Source: Eledone cirrhosa (lineage: Eukaryota). From it: a stretch of 64,000 bases of DNA. Made by a program: the position numbers and the translations under genes. Every line of letters begins with the position of its first letter. Within the stretch, counting starts at the first letter, position 1. The notes beneath the pieces were generated by a model. The model worked only from the letters and a program-made list of their open reading frames with translations, ran no database searches and was not told where the DNA came from. This document shows, one piece after another, positions 12,489 through 27,400 of the stretch. The DNA is taken from assembly GCA_964016885.1 (NCBI GenBank), contig OZ024740.1:351602001-351666000 (forward strand), read 5' to 3'.

Positions 12489-13301
12489 CGAGGGGGGATC
12501 AAAAAGTTCGCGGAATTTTATCGTAGTAAGAAAAAAATAGGTTAAAACAATATTAAACATGTCAGAACATTGTCACTGGGTGTTTACCTTGCTATTAGTC
12601 ACTTGCAGTCAGTTATGCGTGGTTGATGAAGAGCATTTCCTGACCAGAATCATCACCGGAGATGAAACCTGGATCTACCAGTATGATCCTGAATCCAAAC
12701 AGCAGTCAAAACAGTGGCTTCCACGTGGATCATCGGGGCCAATCAAAAGTCGAATCAAAAAGTGATGGCCACCATTTTCTGGGATTCAGATGGGGTGATA
12801 CTAATAGATTATCTTGAAGGTCAAAGAACTGTGACAGGAGCTTACTATGCAAATGTTTTAAGGAAACTGAAAGAGGCATTAGTCAAGAAACGAAAAAGGA
12901 AACTTCATGGTGGGATCTTGTTTGACCATGACAATGCACCAGCGCATTCTGCGCGGGTTGCAAAAGAAGTTCTTCGAGAATTTCGATGGGAAGTGCTTCC
13001 TCACCCGCCTTATAGTCCAGATTTAGCCCCATCAGACTTTTTCCTCTTTCCAAAACTCAAAGAAATGTGAAAAGGAACCCGTTTTAGTGGTGTTGAAGAA
13101 GCTAAAAACACTGCCAACACATGGCTTCGAACAAGGCCTTCAACTTTCTTTAGAGACGGCTGACGAAGCTGGAAGCATCGCCTTGTGAAGTGTATTGACG
13201 TGGATGGCAACTATGTAGAAAAATAAATTGAAGGTAAATCATATTTTTTGAAAAATAGAATATTTTCTGAAAAATTCCGCGAACTTTTTGATCCCCCCTC
13301 G
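12489..13301 (+). mobile_element. Mariner DNA transposon, internally deleted (no HTH domain), frameshifted DDD transposase
   Basis: 31-bp perfect TIRs CGAGGGGGGATCAAAAAGTTCGCGGAATTTT, TA on both sides; ORF pieces ITGDETWIYQYDP, HDNAPAH, YSPDLAPSDFFLFP. Confidence 0.95.
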
Positions 13302-13480
13302 TACATAAGAAATAAACACGCATGAGATACATACACATTCACTAGACACTCTTGCACAATACTATAGATAGTATGTTGGTAATAAACACACACATAACAT
13401 GATATAGACACACAACATAATAGACGATATATAAAAAATAAACACACACATAATGCCATGGAAGGTATACAAGTAATAAT

Positions 13481-13669
13481 TGTTTCAAAGATTGGCACAA
13501 GGCCAGCAAATACCCCAAGTGCATTACTAGTGCTTTATTTTATCGACCCCGTAGGGATGAAAGGCAAAGTTAGCCTCAGCGGGATTTGAGAACTCGGAAC
13601 TTAAAGGGCCATAACTCTATGCTGCAAAGCATGGTGTCTGATGCGCTACAGATACTACCAATCCTTTCA
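13481..13669 (-). mobile_element. SINE family A copy with 16-bp TSD
   Basis: GTATACAAGTAATAAT at 13465-13480 and 13670-13685. Confidence 0.85.
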
Positions 13670-15127
13670 GTATACAAGTAATAATGGAAAACTCCAATGA
13701 ATTCTAATTCTGGCACTAAACTCATTTGTGAGTCGATTAGATTAACCCAAGTGCTTTACTGTACTTTATTTTATTGGCATACAAAAAGAAGCAAAGTTGA
13801 CCATGCCATGATTTTTTAAAAACTTTTAATGTCAGGTATTTTGTTTACACCTCTACCAAATCTGCTATCTATGGCTCTCTTCTAACATTTATATAAGAGG
13901 AATGGTTTAGTTGATTATATCAACTTCCCAGTACTTGAATTGGAGAAAAACACTTACTCCTCACACCTATGCAGGCTTAGCTGGCTTGCATATGATGTTG
14001 CATCTCATTGGAGGTTTCTTAGGTGTTTTAATGATATGGTTTTTCGTGATAGGAATGGGGTCCCTATGAAATGAAACATCTTGCTCAAGAACTTAATATG
14101 TCGCCTGATTCAGGAATCAAATCCATGACCATATGATCATGAGTCTGACACCCTAACTACTAGGCCACACACCATCACTTGACTTGTACTTTATTTTATC
14201 AACATCCCTAGGACGAAAGGCAAAGATGACCTTAGTAGTATTTCCTTCAAGGAACATAACTTAATAACAGGAACTTGATTTATATTATTTTAGTTAACTC
14301 AACAAGCATGGGAGACAACTCTAGACATATTTCAGTTTATCTAACCTCCTCAGTAAAGCCTATGCTTTATTATACTTCCCAAATTATTGAGAGAATGACT
14401 AAGCAGATATATTCAACTGTACAATTCTAGTGCTTTAATACTCTCTGCACTGAATAACTATGTTAACACTGACTTAATTGTTTTTTTTTTTTCATGTGGA
14501 TAGTATCTAAGAGCAATTTATTCTCTGAACTTTTCGATATCTAAAGTCTGGGTGACTAGAGTCATGATTATAACAAAGACAGAAAACCAAAACATTCTTG
14601 ACTGCTGAAATATTTCTTAAACATTTCAGTTTCATGAAAACTTCTCTCTTACATCAGCTTTAACTTCTGACAAATACATTTATAGCTTGCACTTAATTAC
14701 TCTCAGCTGTATATGTCATGAGACTTCAAATCTGTGGTTACATACATAATATACATACACACACACACACACATATATATATCATCGTTTAATATCAATT
14801 TTCCATCCTAGCATGGGTTAAAATATATAGTTATATATATATACACACATATGCATACATATATACCCACATATATGTCTATGTATACTTTTGCTTCTGC
14901 AGTACTTGTCAGTAGTCATGAGAGAACAAGATATATATATCAATTTATCAAAATGAGATTACAGCTATATATTTAAATATATCTATTCCATGCACTTAAG
15001 AGAATCTTGGAAATCTGACTTCACAACTTAATTTTTCACTTCACTTTATTTCACTTGTAATATTTCTAATGAAATATACTGCCTATGTGTTTCAGTTAAT
15101 TTTGAAAATAATAAAATAACTTCATTA

Positions 15128-15310
15128 TTGGCAGTATCGGTAGAGGGTCGGACGCCATGCTTTGACGCATAGAGTTACGGCCCTTTCCATTCTGAGTTCA
15201 AATCCCGCCAAGGTTAACTTTGCCTTTCATCCTTACGGGGATCGATAAAATAAAGTACCAGTAATGCACTGGGTAATTGCTGGCCTTGTGCCAAAAGTAG
15301 AAACGATTAT
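15128..15310 (+). mobile_element. SINE family A copy
   Basis: High similarity to 58104-58287. Confidence 0.85.
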
Positions 15311-15799
15311 TAAGATGATATTTAAAACATAACTTTACAGAAATTTTTAAAATAAAATTATAATGGAAGGTTTTAATCTAAGTATCAAAATTTTGAAGTA
15401 GGCAATTTTGTATCATAAAGCAAGGTGGGTTAATGTTTTCAAGAAAGACATGAACATTTTACAATCTTATTTAACCTTCTCTTATAATCTGGGTGACTGG
15501 AGTCATTAACTTGGTAATTTGTTCTCTAATAAAACCTCAGACCTTGTTCCTGTATAACATTCATAATTGTTCATGTAACTCACTATTTATGACACAAGTT
15601 ATATTTATCTCTTAGTGGCTTTTGATAGGAGGTTATATAGGTTGAACTAATAATGTACAATGTTTTAAATTTTATATTTCTTTATATAATTTTGCTTTTA
15701 TTAGCTTAAAGAATTTTATTTCATTGATCCAACATTTTTATATGTATTATCCTTCTACATTCTAAGTTCATATCTCACTGAGGAAAATGACATCATTGC

Positions 15800-16773
15800 T
15801 TTTCCTAAGTTGCTTTTCACGTCATTGAAACCAAGGACTTGTGTGCTGGAGTATTGTCCACAAGACTGTTTCCATCACTTTTCCCAGGTGTTTGGTTTTA
15901 ATAGCCTTTTGTAACTGCCTCAGCAAGTTGACATAGTACTCTCCATTGATGGTGTGGCTCTTTGAAGATAGTTAATAAATACAATGCCTTTTGCATTCCA
16001 AAAAACTGAGGCCATCACCTTTCCTGCATATGAAATGACCTTGTGTTTTTTTTGTTTTTTTGAGCAGTTGAGGAGGGGGTGTTTCCACTGCATGCATTGT
16101 CTCTTTGATTCTGGCTCAAAATGATGAACCCAACACTCATCTTAGGAAACCAGCTGCATCTGTCTCAAACAATGTCAGATTTTCCTGTGTTGTGATCAGT
16201 CTGATGCACTTTTGATCAGGTGTCATAAGATCTAGCACCCACCAAGCAGAAACTTTTGTATTGCCAAGTTCATTGTGCAGAATATTCCCAACTCTCTCAC
16301 AGGATATGCAAATAGCATTGGCTATTTGATTAATAATCAATCACCTGTCATCCATCACTATGTGGTATACATGATGAATGTTTTCCTTGATGGTGGCAGT
16401 TGTTGGATGTCCAGACCTTGGGTCATCTTCAAGACTCTCCCTTCCCCTCCTAAATTTATCTGCCCACTTTTCTGCTGTTGATAATTCTGGAGCATCATCC
16501 CTTAATGTAGCAACCATGTCAGCATGGATGTCCTTGGGGATAAACTCCTTTTCTGCAGATATGAGAACACTGTGATGCCAAATTTTGCCTATTTTCAAGA
16601 GAAGTTGCTACTAGTTATATTTGAGGTCTTCTTTAAACAGTCAGATGTTTACCTAGAAAGAAACAATGCAGTTATTAATACGAAGAGTTGAAATTAATGC
16701 ATGCAAGATTTCACAGCTCTAGCATCACTCCTTCATAGTCAATCTATGAACTTCTCAGCCCACTCCCCTTGTA
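15800..16773 (-). mobile_element. Old mariner remnant (HTH and part of catalytic domain), 3'-truncated
   Basis: ORF pieces KFRRGRESLEDDPRSGHP and ILHNELG.TKVSAWWV..LMTPDQK; TIR-like TACAAGGGGAGTGGGCTGAGAAGTTCATAG at the right end. Confidence 0.85.
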
Positions 16774-17849
16774 TATATATGTATATAGACACACACACAC
16801 ACACGTGTGTGTGAGCTACGTGACTTTATGTTGTTTACTAGTATAAATCAAATTGAATTTTGATTCATAGAAATATTAATATTATTTATTACTGTAATTT
16901 AGTGTTTTATTCATGTAGAATCCATTTCAACTTATTTGGATTGTAGTGTGACTTTAAAATATTGCAGCTGTGACCATCTCCACATTTTCTTATATATAGT
17001 GTAACAAAGACTACATTGTTAGTGTGTCTTTTCTTTTATGACAGTAGGATTTAATTTTAGGGAGATTTAGTTATTTTCTTCTTTTCAGAGTGAGCAACTA
17101 TATAGAGGCCCCCACCTTTCGTTTATAGACAACTCTATAGTAAAGTGAATATTCTGCACACATACACAGACAAAATTACATTTGAACTGGTGTTTGTGTG
17201 AAAAATTACATTACTGCATTTTTTTTCTTTATATTTATTCAGTAGTGGATAGGTAATGTCCATTAGCCATCACTGGGTCTCCTAGACTAGTGATATTGAT
17301 GTAGTTGATGTTCAGTTTGAATGTTTGTAGATTAATATTTTCATGAAAAATTGGGCTGCGAGGGAATTACTGAAGGTTGTAGTCTCAGGAAAAGATGAAC
17401 TGTTGTCTGTGAAATCTTGGAGGTGAGACAGTGAAGTTGACTGGAGAAAAGTTGGATGAGCTTGTGTGGGGATGGTATGAGGCTAGACAGTTCAGAAGAG
17501 AAGAGACCATTGTTATTTAGAACTATGATCAAAAGTGTTCCAGTTGTGACTACTAGTGTTAACCAACATCTTTCCTTTTTTAAGAGGGTAGGATGGCATT
17601 TTGCTGCTATTTCTAACAGATGTGACTTAGCCCTCCAAACTTTTCTGCATTGTGACACACTTTTTAAAATAATATTTTTCCATGTCGCATAAGTTTTTAA
17701 TCAAGAAATTAATAGAAAAAAAAAGCACTAACATATATCACATATCACCAGTCATGTCTAATTGTATGTCAAATCTCAAATATACTCTATACTAAACTAT
17801 CTTGCCTTGTACCTATGTTAGAAATCTCTATTAAAATAAATAATAATAA

Positions 17850-20018
17850 CACTGGGCAACAAAAAAATTTTTTTTGTTTGGTCCCTGGAATATTTCAACG
17901 AATTCTTAAGTGATTTTGCCAGCTAAATTCAAAAATAACTTCAGTTTTTCTCTATCAGGTCTAGTTTTCTGACTAGACTTGATAGAGTAAGTATTTTATT
18001 CATACAAGAGGCATATAATATGAACCAATAAAGAGAGCGTAACACAAAACAAAAGAAAGTACAAATGAAAATTCAAAATTGAAAAGGCACATTGGCAAAG
18101 ATTTTTGGCAGAAAATTCAAGGAATAAATTTACGCTTCTTTGTGCACTGTGAATGTTGAACAACAGGAGTATCTTGTTTTAAGCACCAGCAATAGTCTGC
18201 CATTATCACAGCGTCCCAACGTCCTTGGTACTGAGTTTCCATCTCCTTGATGTCTTGATGGAATCATTTGCCTTGTTCATTGCTAACATCTCCGAGATTT
18301 TCAGGAAAACGATCAAGATGACTAAAAAGATAATGCATTTTGATGCTCATATTCGCGTCAATATCACGAAATGTTGATATCAAGTTGGTAACAAGGTCTT
18401 TATAGTTTTCACTTTTGTGTTTCCCAAGGAAATTTTGCACTACTTTGCAAAGGCTAGCCAAGCTGATGCTTCATTTCCGTTCATCGTTTTCATAAAATTT
18501 GTGTCCTTCAAGAGCTTATGCATCTGTGATCCATCGAAAATCCAAGTTTTTCAATCGTCAAGTCTGGAAATACACTGCAGATATACTTGAAACACTCCCC
18601 ATTTTTGTCAAGAGCTTTGACGAATCGCTTGATCCGAGTTTGATGTGCAAAGGGGGGGGGGGGGTGATCTTATCTCACTCAACTAAAGGTTCTTCCAATA
18701 TATTGGCAGCTCTACATGGAGCCATATTTGTTTGAGGCGGCCAGTCTTTCTTAACATAGGAGTTTACTCAGTTTCTACTGTCCCACATGCAAAGAAAGCA
18801 TGGGTATTTGGTATAACCAGATTGCTGTCCCATGAGAAAATTCACCATCTTTAGGTCAATGCAGATGACCCATTTATGATCATGATACAGTATCTTCTCT
18901 AAAACCAACTTAATTTCTTCATATTTTTCCTTCACAGTTGTTGAGTGGCTGAGTGGGACAGAGCCATACACATTTCCGTTGTGCAACAATACACATTTTA
19001 AAGTATGCTTAGAGCTGTCTATGAAAAGACGCCATTCTTCTGGTTTGTATTCCCCAATGCCAAGTTTATTAAGAAGTCCACTGACATCTCTGCAGTAAAC
19101 TAGCTCTTCCTCTTTTGTGAAGAAAGAAAGGAACTCTTCATGTTGACTCCGATAGAAGGTTATACGGACACCGTTCTCTAGAAGATACTTCTCATTCAGT
19201 CGGGAAGCCAACAGTTCTGCAGAATTTTTTGGGAGGTTCAAGTCACGAACTAGATCATTCAGCTCTACCTGGGAGAATAGCTGGGGTGAAGTTTCTACTG
19301 AAAAGTCTTGATCTCTAGTGTCATCTTCAGGTGATGAATCTTCTTGGTTGAGGGTAAAGTTATCTGAAGCAAGACATTGAAGACAGGAACAGGAAGCTCT
19401 TCACTGTGTGGAACCGGTCTAATAGCAGAGGCAAGATTAGGATAGACAAGCGTTTGTCAATTTTTTTTCTGATTAATACCCTTCAAATTTAGTTGTCCAC
19501 GTGATTATAGGGCTCCTGCCATACCATTGGTATAGCAAACCTTGTACTTTTCCTTGTCCCTTTAGTCCATTGTCGCAAATGTTCTGTACATTGTTTGCAG
19601 ACACTATGTGGTGCCCAATATTTATCTTGGTCTCTCAACTTGCCATATACGCTCTTTCAACAAAATCAGTGATGTTTTTTTTCAATTTTCACGTAATGTG
19701 TATTCTCTACAAACATAACAAAACACATTTGGAGAATTAACACAACACTTTCTTGAAGAGGACATCTTGTTCATTTTCTATTGCTTACTTCACCACAACA
19801 TCTAAAAAGTATGGAAAAAGAAAAAAACTTAGAATTAGAATAAGGTAACGAACACTGCGTACTGGACGTCCACACATACATAGTGACTATAGGGATGTTC
19901 AATAACTTAAAAACTAGATCTTATAGGTCAAAAAGAAGGTTATATTTGGATTCAGGAGACCGATTTTGTATAGGAATGATGTCTATTTCCTAAACACCAA
20001 AAACCTTGTAGATCAGTG
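17850..20018 (-). mobile_element. Chapaev3-type (CMC superfamily) DNA transposon, full length with decayed transposase (~18117-19774)
   Basis: CACTG...CAGTG termini with TAA on both sides. N-terminal Cys-rich CVNSPNVFCYVC..DQDKYWAPH..AIPMVWQEP; core WRLFIDSS..LKCVLLHNGN..DLKMVNFLMGQQSGYTKYPCFLCMWDSR; KMHYLFSHLDRFPENLGDVS. Family assigned from remembered motifs, not a database search. Confidence 0.8.
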
Positions 20019-20032
20019 TAATTATTATTAGT

Positions 20033-20448
20033 AGGGGTGGTAGATTGGCAGTATTGATAGAGCATTAGACATGCTTTACGTTCTGGGTTCAAATCTCACC
20101 TAGGTTACTTTTTCCCTTCATCCTTAAGGAGTCGATAAAATTTAAAATAAATTACCAGTAACGCACTGCGATCAATTTGACTTCCCCTTCCCTTCAAATT
20201 GCTGACCTTGTGCCTAAATTAGAAACCATTATGGTGGATTGGCAGTATCGGTAGAGGGTCGTACGCCATGCTTTGCAGCAAAGAGTTACGGTCCTTTATG
20301 GTCTGAGTTCAAATCCCGCCAAGGTTAACTTTGCCTTTCATCTTTATGCGGTTGATAAAATAAAGTACCAGTCACGCACTGGGGTCGATTTAATCGACTT
20401 TCCCCTCCCCCAAAATTACTGGCCTTGTGCCTATATAAGAAACAATTA
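20033..20448 (+). mobile_element. Two tandem SINE family A copies (long variant)
   Basis: Two successive GGTGG(TA)GATTGGCAGTA...GAAAC(C/A)ATTAT units. Confidence 0.8.
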
Positions 20449-21305
20449 TTAATCGATACAATAAGTTGTAATCAAGTATGGCATCAAACTAATCAACTCT
20501 TCTTCTCCCTAGAAATTTATGACAATGTTTTGTCTTTGGTTAAGATAGAAGTATATTATCATTATGAGGTGGTTGTAGCTTAACAGCATCTTGCAGCATC
20601 TAGTTACATTTCTTTACACTCTGACTTCAAATCCTGCCAATGTCAATTTTACCTTTAATCCTTCTGAGGTTGATAAAATAAAGCACTAGACTTTATTCTG
20701 CCCAACAAAATGTGTGGTCTTGTTTCTGTTAGAAATTATTAACAAAAGGAAGGTGGATTATCAGAATTGGTAGAGTTGTAAATTAAATGACTTGATGTAT
20801 CTAACTATGATCCTTTACATACTGAGTTCAAATTTCATTGAAGTCAACATCTTTTATTTTTTTTTTTACTGTGTAGTTAAGGGAAAAGCAATATCAATGA
20901 TCTATTTCAGGGCTTCTAAAACAATTTCAATAATCCACTGCCCTGGGCTGATACTTTATTTTATTGACCCTGAAAGGATGAACAGCATTGTTGACTCCAA
21001 TGGGATTTGAACTCAGAAAACCAGAACATTGTCCAATATTCTAATGACTATCAATTCACTGATTTTGATGAAAAACATTTTTGTTAAATCAATCAACTAC
21101 TTTTACAATTTATTGAACGACATATGACCCTTGCCTTAAATTTGTGGTTTGTGCCTATGTTAAAAATTATTATTGTTGTGATCATATAAAGTCAGATGAT
21201 TGGGATGATGTAAACTTTGATGTTCAGTTATTTAAATTTCTTCAAGAAGTATGTTGTTGTTTTTGTCTAACTTTTACTTTTCTCTCTCTTTTTTTTTTTT
21301 AATAG

Positions 21306-21434
21306 AATTCCGTCGGCCCAAGAGTCTTCTTGTCTTCATCAATCCTGTTGGTGGCAAGAAAAAGGGACCAAAAATTTATGCTGAGAAGGTGGTTCCCCTG
21401 TTTGATTTAGCTGACATTATTGTGCATTCTATCA
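21306..21434 (+). CDS. CERK: CERK exon A (..FRRPKSLLVFINPVGGKKKGPKIYAEKVVPLFDLADIIVHSI)
   Basis: Poly-T tract then aatag acceptor; donor gtaagt; phase 1-1; start of kinase domain (NPxGG motif). Confidence 0.93.
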
Positions 21435-24400
21435 GTAAGTTTGCAATTCCTGTTTTATCAGCAGAAATGTTTACTGTAGTGAAATTTGACTGGTAATATG
21501 TTTAACAATAATACTAATAGGAATTGAACCTGTTGTTAGTTGAAATTGATAGTTGTTTGAGCACAGGACAAAATGCCATGTGGTGTTTATTTTGGCTTTC
21601 TGCACTTTAAGAATCCCATCATAATATTTTGCATGGCTTAGACATATTGTCACGCTATGAGACAAATCAGGTCTGGAGACCTTGTTATGCTCATATGAGT
21701 CTGTATTTTGGTTTGGTTTCTACAGCTGGATGCCCTTCCTAACTTCAACCACATTACGGTGTGAACTGGATGCTTTTTATTGTGGCACTGAAATGACCAC
21801 CTCACAGTGTGAACTGGTCGCAGTGCCCTGGCATGTCGAGTGCCTAGTGAATGAAACAGGTCAAACAATATCCAATAAATCAATGAATCCCATAACTCTT
21901 GTTGTTTGGTTAAGGATGTTGGTTATCACATGACATTGCATTACATTACAAATACATTAGTAAATATGTAACTAGAACTGTTAATTGCCTTAACTTGAAT
22001 GTAAATACAACCAGAATTAACCTAAAGCCACCCAGAAACCCAAGCAAATGTATAGCATACACTTACAATCAATGCCAAATATCAGATTCAAACTACTCAA
22101 GAAAGAGTTAAACCACATACTTCTATATCCCTACCGTCTCACACCAGTTACTGGTATGGGGGTGACGGATGTCATCAAGCTGCAATCATTGTATTACATA
22201 GTTTCCATGTAATAAAAATCCAATTCTTTTTGTTTAAATTTAATTCAATGTATCTACATATTAATTGATTATGAAAGCTTGCTAGCAAAATTGTATGTCA
22301 TTAATTTCCTTTCCAATTAATATAGAGACGTTCAATCAGTATTCTTTTGTCTGTCTGACTGAATTCCTCTCACCCTCAGTCCCCGCTATGATTCTCTGTG
22401 TATATATACATTACATTATTTGTATGGGCTACTGGTCTTTGTAAGGAATTCCCAGCAAACTAATCAAAATATCGTTAAGTCGACTTGGCTGTTCAAACAC
22501 GTTTGCATTTACTTAGTGCAGTTCTACTGAGTAAATTAGCAGTTGTATTTTAAGTGTCTGGTTGCTTAACTTACCTCTCTCTCACTCTCTCTGTATATAT
22601 ATAAACATATATATATATATATGTATATATATAGATGGAGAGGGAGTGCCATATGCATACACGCTATACTCGCATTATATATATATGAGTGTGTGTGTAC
22701 ATATATGCATGAATATACATAATCATTATTTTTATTTTCAGCAACAGACAGGGCAAACTATGCCTTGGATTATTTACAAGAAGCTGATCTTGCCAAATAT
22801 GATGGGTAAGTGGACATAAGAAATCAATAACGATATTTTCTTTTGTCTAACTTAACTGTAGCTGGCTTTCGAAAGTTGATGTTATTTATCTTACTGTGTT
22901 TATGTTTTATGTGCGTGAGAGGAGAGTAAGTGTTTGTGTATGTAATTTCTGGCCTTCTTTAGATCTGTTATAAAGTTGTTTTTTATTTTAATATTTCATT
23001 TCATTCTCCAAACAAGGAAACTTATTTAATATGATGTCTAATGTTGATTCTGGCAGAAGTGTGTGTGTGTGTGTGATTGATCAATCTAAAATCTCTTGAT
23101 AGACTTATGAGTCAGAGATCTTGAATAAATCACAGGCATTAGTAATCTGGCAGAATTTTTCTTAAGCAAAAAAATCTCTCATGCCACAGATACCTGTTTG
23201 GGGGTTTCTTACATGCAGTGAAGCATGTTGATCTCACCTTTACCATTGTATATCCTTCCAAATTGGTGACGTGGTGATTGTTGTTTATCCCCAGGATAGC
23301 TCTGATGGACGAATCTATTTTGATCAAAAGCATTCTCTCTATAACCTTTTTATTCAGTTGTACTGTATTTTGGAGTACATTATCTAATGAGTCCTTTTAT
23401 TAAATTTTATTTGAGAGAAATTTGGCTGCTATTTTTATCGGGTTGAGCAACCATATAAAGGCTCACTCATTGATCCAGTTGGCATTCAACTTCAGTTTTT
23501 GAAAGTGGGCATAGATGGCGCTCCAAAAGGTGTCAGTTCTAACAATTAGGGTTGTGTGAAGTGTTTGGTGTGAGTTTCATGGGTGAGTTGTGGCAATGAC
23601 AGAAGAGAGGTGTGTAAGTCATGTTTGGCTTGAGGTGGTACACAACTACCTTGTTTATAGGAATAGTAATGATAGATGAGATGTTTCCTGATATGTGTAG
23701 TGACTTTGTGGTGTGAAGTGTTTAGGTTGCATGTAGATAATTGGGTGCAGCAAATTATTAAAGAGTAAAAACGTGTCATCTGTTTGTGTGTTTTGGGCTA
23801 GAAGTAACAGTAAATTATTGATGTAGAAATTGAAGGGTGTGAGAAACCTAACTGAACTCTGAGGCTGACCAGAATATTGTATGGAGAGGGCACCATTGAC
23901 AAATGTTGTGATGGAGTATGCTGACAAGAATCTTCCACAAGTGATGGAAAGTAGATGGAGCCCATTGTGAGGAATGTTTTCTTGTGCCAGACATGGTCAA
24001 AAGGTTCATAGAGCAACATTGTTTTCACAAGTTCTCAATGAGAGACCACTGGTGTATGATATAGGATAGGGGATCTCTGATTCCATGGAAACTATTAGTG
24101 GACAAAACCTCAGATAAAAGTAGTCATTTATAACTGACTGTTTCTATGATTTTTAAAGTGTTGAAAATAGATGATGGTAGTTGGCAGGCTTTGACCTTAT
24201 TATAAACCACTATATATGTTATATTTATGTTACTTTTCTGACAAATTAATATTGTTGCTGTTGTATTCAGGATTGTCTGTGTGGGTGGTGATGGGATGTT
24301 TACAGAACTATTAAATGGATTGCTCATAAGAACACTGAAAGACAATGGGAATGAACAGCCAAGTCGTGATACAACTCCTATACAGCCAGACTTAAGAATA

Positions 24401-27400
24401 GGCATCATTCCAGCAGGTCAGTATCCCACATAAAAAGTTTCTTTTTTTCTGATTTTGGTCACTTAACTGCCCCTGGCCCTACAATACAAAACTGTCTATT
24501 TTAAAGTATTTATATTTATCTAAAAACTTTCCTTCAATTTTTACTAGGAATCTTTAAGTTATGTTCCTAACTCTAGATAAATAATGAGAAAGTTATTCAA
24601 ATGCTTTATTTTCAAAATTATATGAAAATCATAGGCAAATCCTTTCATTAGAAATATGGTTACAAAAGGGTTAATTTGTTGACACTATTGGCTACACATT
24701 ATTGTAGGTCTCTGGTAAATCTGACAGTCTTGTGATTGGTATTAGAAAGAAAGGATTAGAAAGGATTAGAAAAAACCCTTTCACTCTTGTTATACAAACT
24801 CTAATTACATTTTTTTACAAGTTAGTTTGAGGAATAGGCTCAGTGCTCATGATATTTTGTTGACCCTCTCAGGCTCTAATGGTAAGGCATTCCTCTGACA
24901 CATAACCACTTTTAACATTACATGATTCTACTCTATAGTACTCATGGGTCTTGATGGAGTTGTAGGGATGCCATCTTCTGGTAGAACCCATCTCTCTCCA
25001 GGCTGAAGCACAGCCAATTTCTTCCAGAGGAGAAAGAAAGTGATATAGAGGAAGGATCGACCCCAATAGTGGACTTGTTATTTATTTATCAACTGTAAAA
25101 GGATCAAAGTCAAAGTTGACTTTGGCAGGATTTGAACTCAGATCACAGTGAGCCAGAATAAATACCAAAACATTTAATCTGATGCCTTAACGATTCTGCC
25201 AATTCACTGCCTCAACTTCTTTGACTAACAACAACAACAACAACAACAAAATGTGATTTATGGAATAGTTATGAAACGAAACGAGGATGACAGCAACAAT
25301 CAGCAATAGCATCTTCAATGTTTCTCACCTTCATTCACATCAAGTCTAGTATGTAAACAGATGAAAAAAAACTAGTCAGCAGAATTCATCTTCCACCATG
25401 TTTTTTTCCTTTTTGCCACACCCACCCAGCTGTAGCATTTTCTAATTCTGTCCCTCCTTCCCCCTTTCTCTCTCTCTTTCTCTAGTACATGGTTTCATTC
25501 ATTCTGTCTAATTTATACAAACATTTTGTTCCACTTCTCTTCGTGTTTGCCATTCTCATTATTTTCCCTCTCTTTTAATAGCTCCATTTTAACTGTGTTC
25601 ACTAGTGCACTTGATTTCAACAAATATTTTGAAAGAAAATACAAAAATCTCTCTTCCTCCTTTTTCTTTCTCAATCTATCTATCTCTCTTTCTCTTTCAC
25701 TTAGTAGCATATTTTCTCCCCATTTTCAGCATTAAAAGAAAATATTTAATGTGTCAATATCATTTTTTTTTTTTTTATGTATTTTATAGTTTTAATATCT
25801 TTATTTAAAAAATGTATTTATATAGACAAAAAATACTATGTCATCATTTGCTTCTTTTTTTTCTTGAATTCTTTGAGTCATAATCTATACATACATAACA
25901 TCATCACTGTTGCAACCACCAATATTACTGTTATCATCTTCACCATCACCATTATCATCCTTGTCCATTTTTTTCATGCTTCTGAAGCACAGTGTCTTGC
26001 TACTTGTCACATTCCCTTATCTTCTTTTTCGTGAGACTCAGCTTCTTGAGATAAGCTTTCACCACTTCTTCCACAGGTTCCCTCCATTGGAAATAGCTTG
26101 GTACTTCACTTCTTCACTCAACTGTTATCCTCTGCATGTGTTACCTGTTTGTACCAATGTAGTCTGCATTCTTGTTTGCTACGTCTTATTCCTTTTGTGT
26201 CCAGTTTTGTATTATTTATTTATTTATTATTTATTTATTATTTTATCAACTATAATCACTCAGTATAGAGACAGAATGGGGTTGAGACGGCTTTTTAATT
26301 CTGCTGAGGACATAACTCCTCTGTTGGTGTTACCATAAAATGCACCCAATACACTCTTAAAGTGGTTGGTGTTAGAAAGGGCATCCACTCATAAAGTATA
26401 TAATATGTGAATATACAGAAAGATATAAGTAAATAAATTTCATATATAGTAAAGCAATATATAAGTTGGATAATTAATATGAAATTGGTTAGGATAGAAA
26501 AATGCTTTGGGTTCTATCTCGGTGTACAGGATTCTGGGCATGTGTCTTCTACCTTAGCATCATGTTAACCAAAGCCTTTTGAATGAAATAAGGTAGATGG
26601 AAGCTATCCCATAAAGTGTGTTTGTATATGTGTGAATATATATCATCATCATTGTCATCATCACCATTTAACATCTATTTTCCATGCTTGCTTAGGTTGC
26701 ACAAGCTGTCACGTTATGAGGTTAAACATATCAGGTGACCACGTCTTGCTCATATGCTCTGTTTTTGGCTTAGTTTCCTATGACTAGATGCCCTTCCTAA
26801 TGCTTGGGCTGGGAGCTTTTTTGTGGCACCAGCACTACTACACTACAGGATAGATTGCATCTTTTTTGTTGTGGTACCAGCACAACCACCTTACAGAGTT
26901 GACTGGGTGGCACCATTACCACCATTGCCATTTTACAGTGTGGAAACACACTCACGCATGCACACACTGGTATGGGTTGGATGGATTATCACAGTTCTAA
27001 TGGGTTTATGTGAACTCATCTTGCTTATACATTCCATATTTGGCATAGTTTCTATGGATGTATGCATTTCCTAACACCATATTTGTGTCTGTGTGTGTGT
27101 GTATTGTTGAGTGTTGGATGAACAAAATTGTTGTAGCAAACAAATATATCCTGTGGTCCTTCTGTCCCTTTACACTGGGCTAACTTTGTCATTCTTTGTA
27201 AGACATAAAACGAGAGACAAAACACTAGGGTTAATGTAATCAATTAAACCCAACTGATGGTGCTGTCTCACAATGTCCACAGTACTAAAACTAAAACAAT
27301 AAAAGATGATGTAAATTACAGGAAGATACCAGTTTGGAGAATGAGACGTTAAATAATCATCATCATCATGGTTTTTACGTCTGCTTTTCCATGCTTGCAT

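Noticed and set aside
1-21305. Upstream CERK exons (PH domain)
   Set aside because: No AG/GT-bounded open segment with PH-like sequence found by eye; probably outside the window, though a small exon could have been missed.
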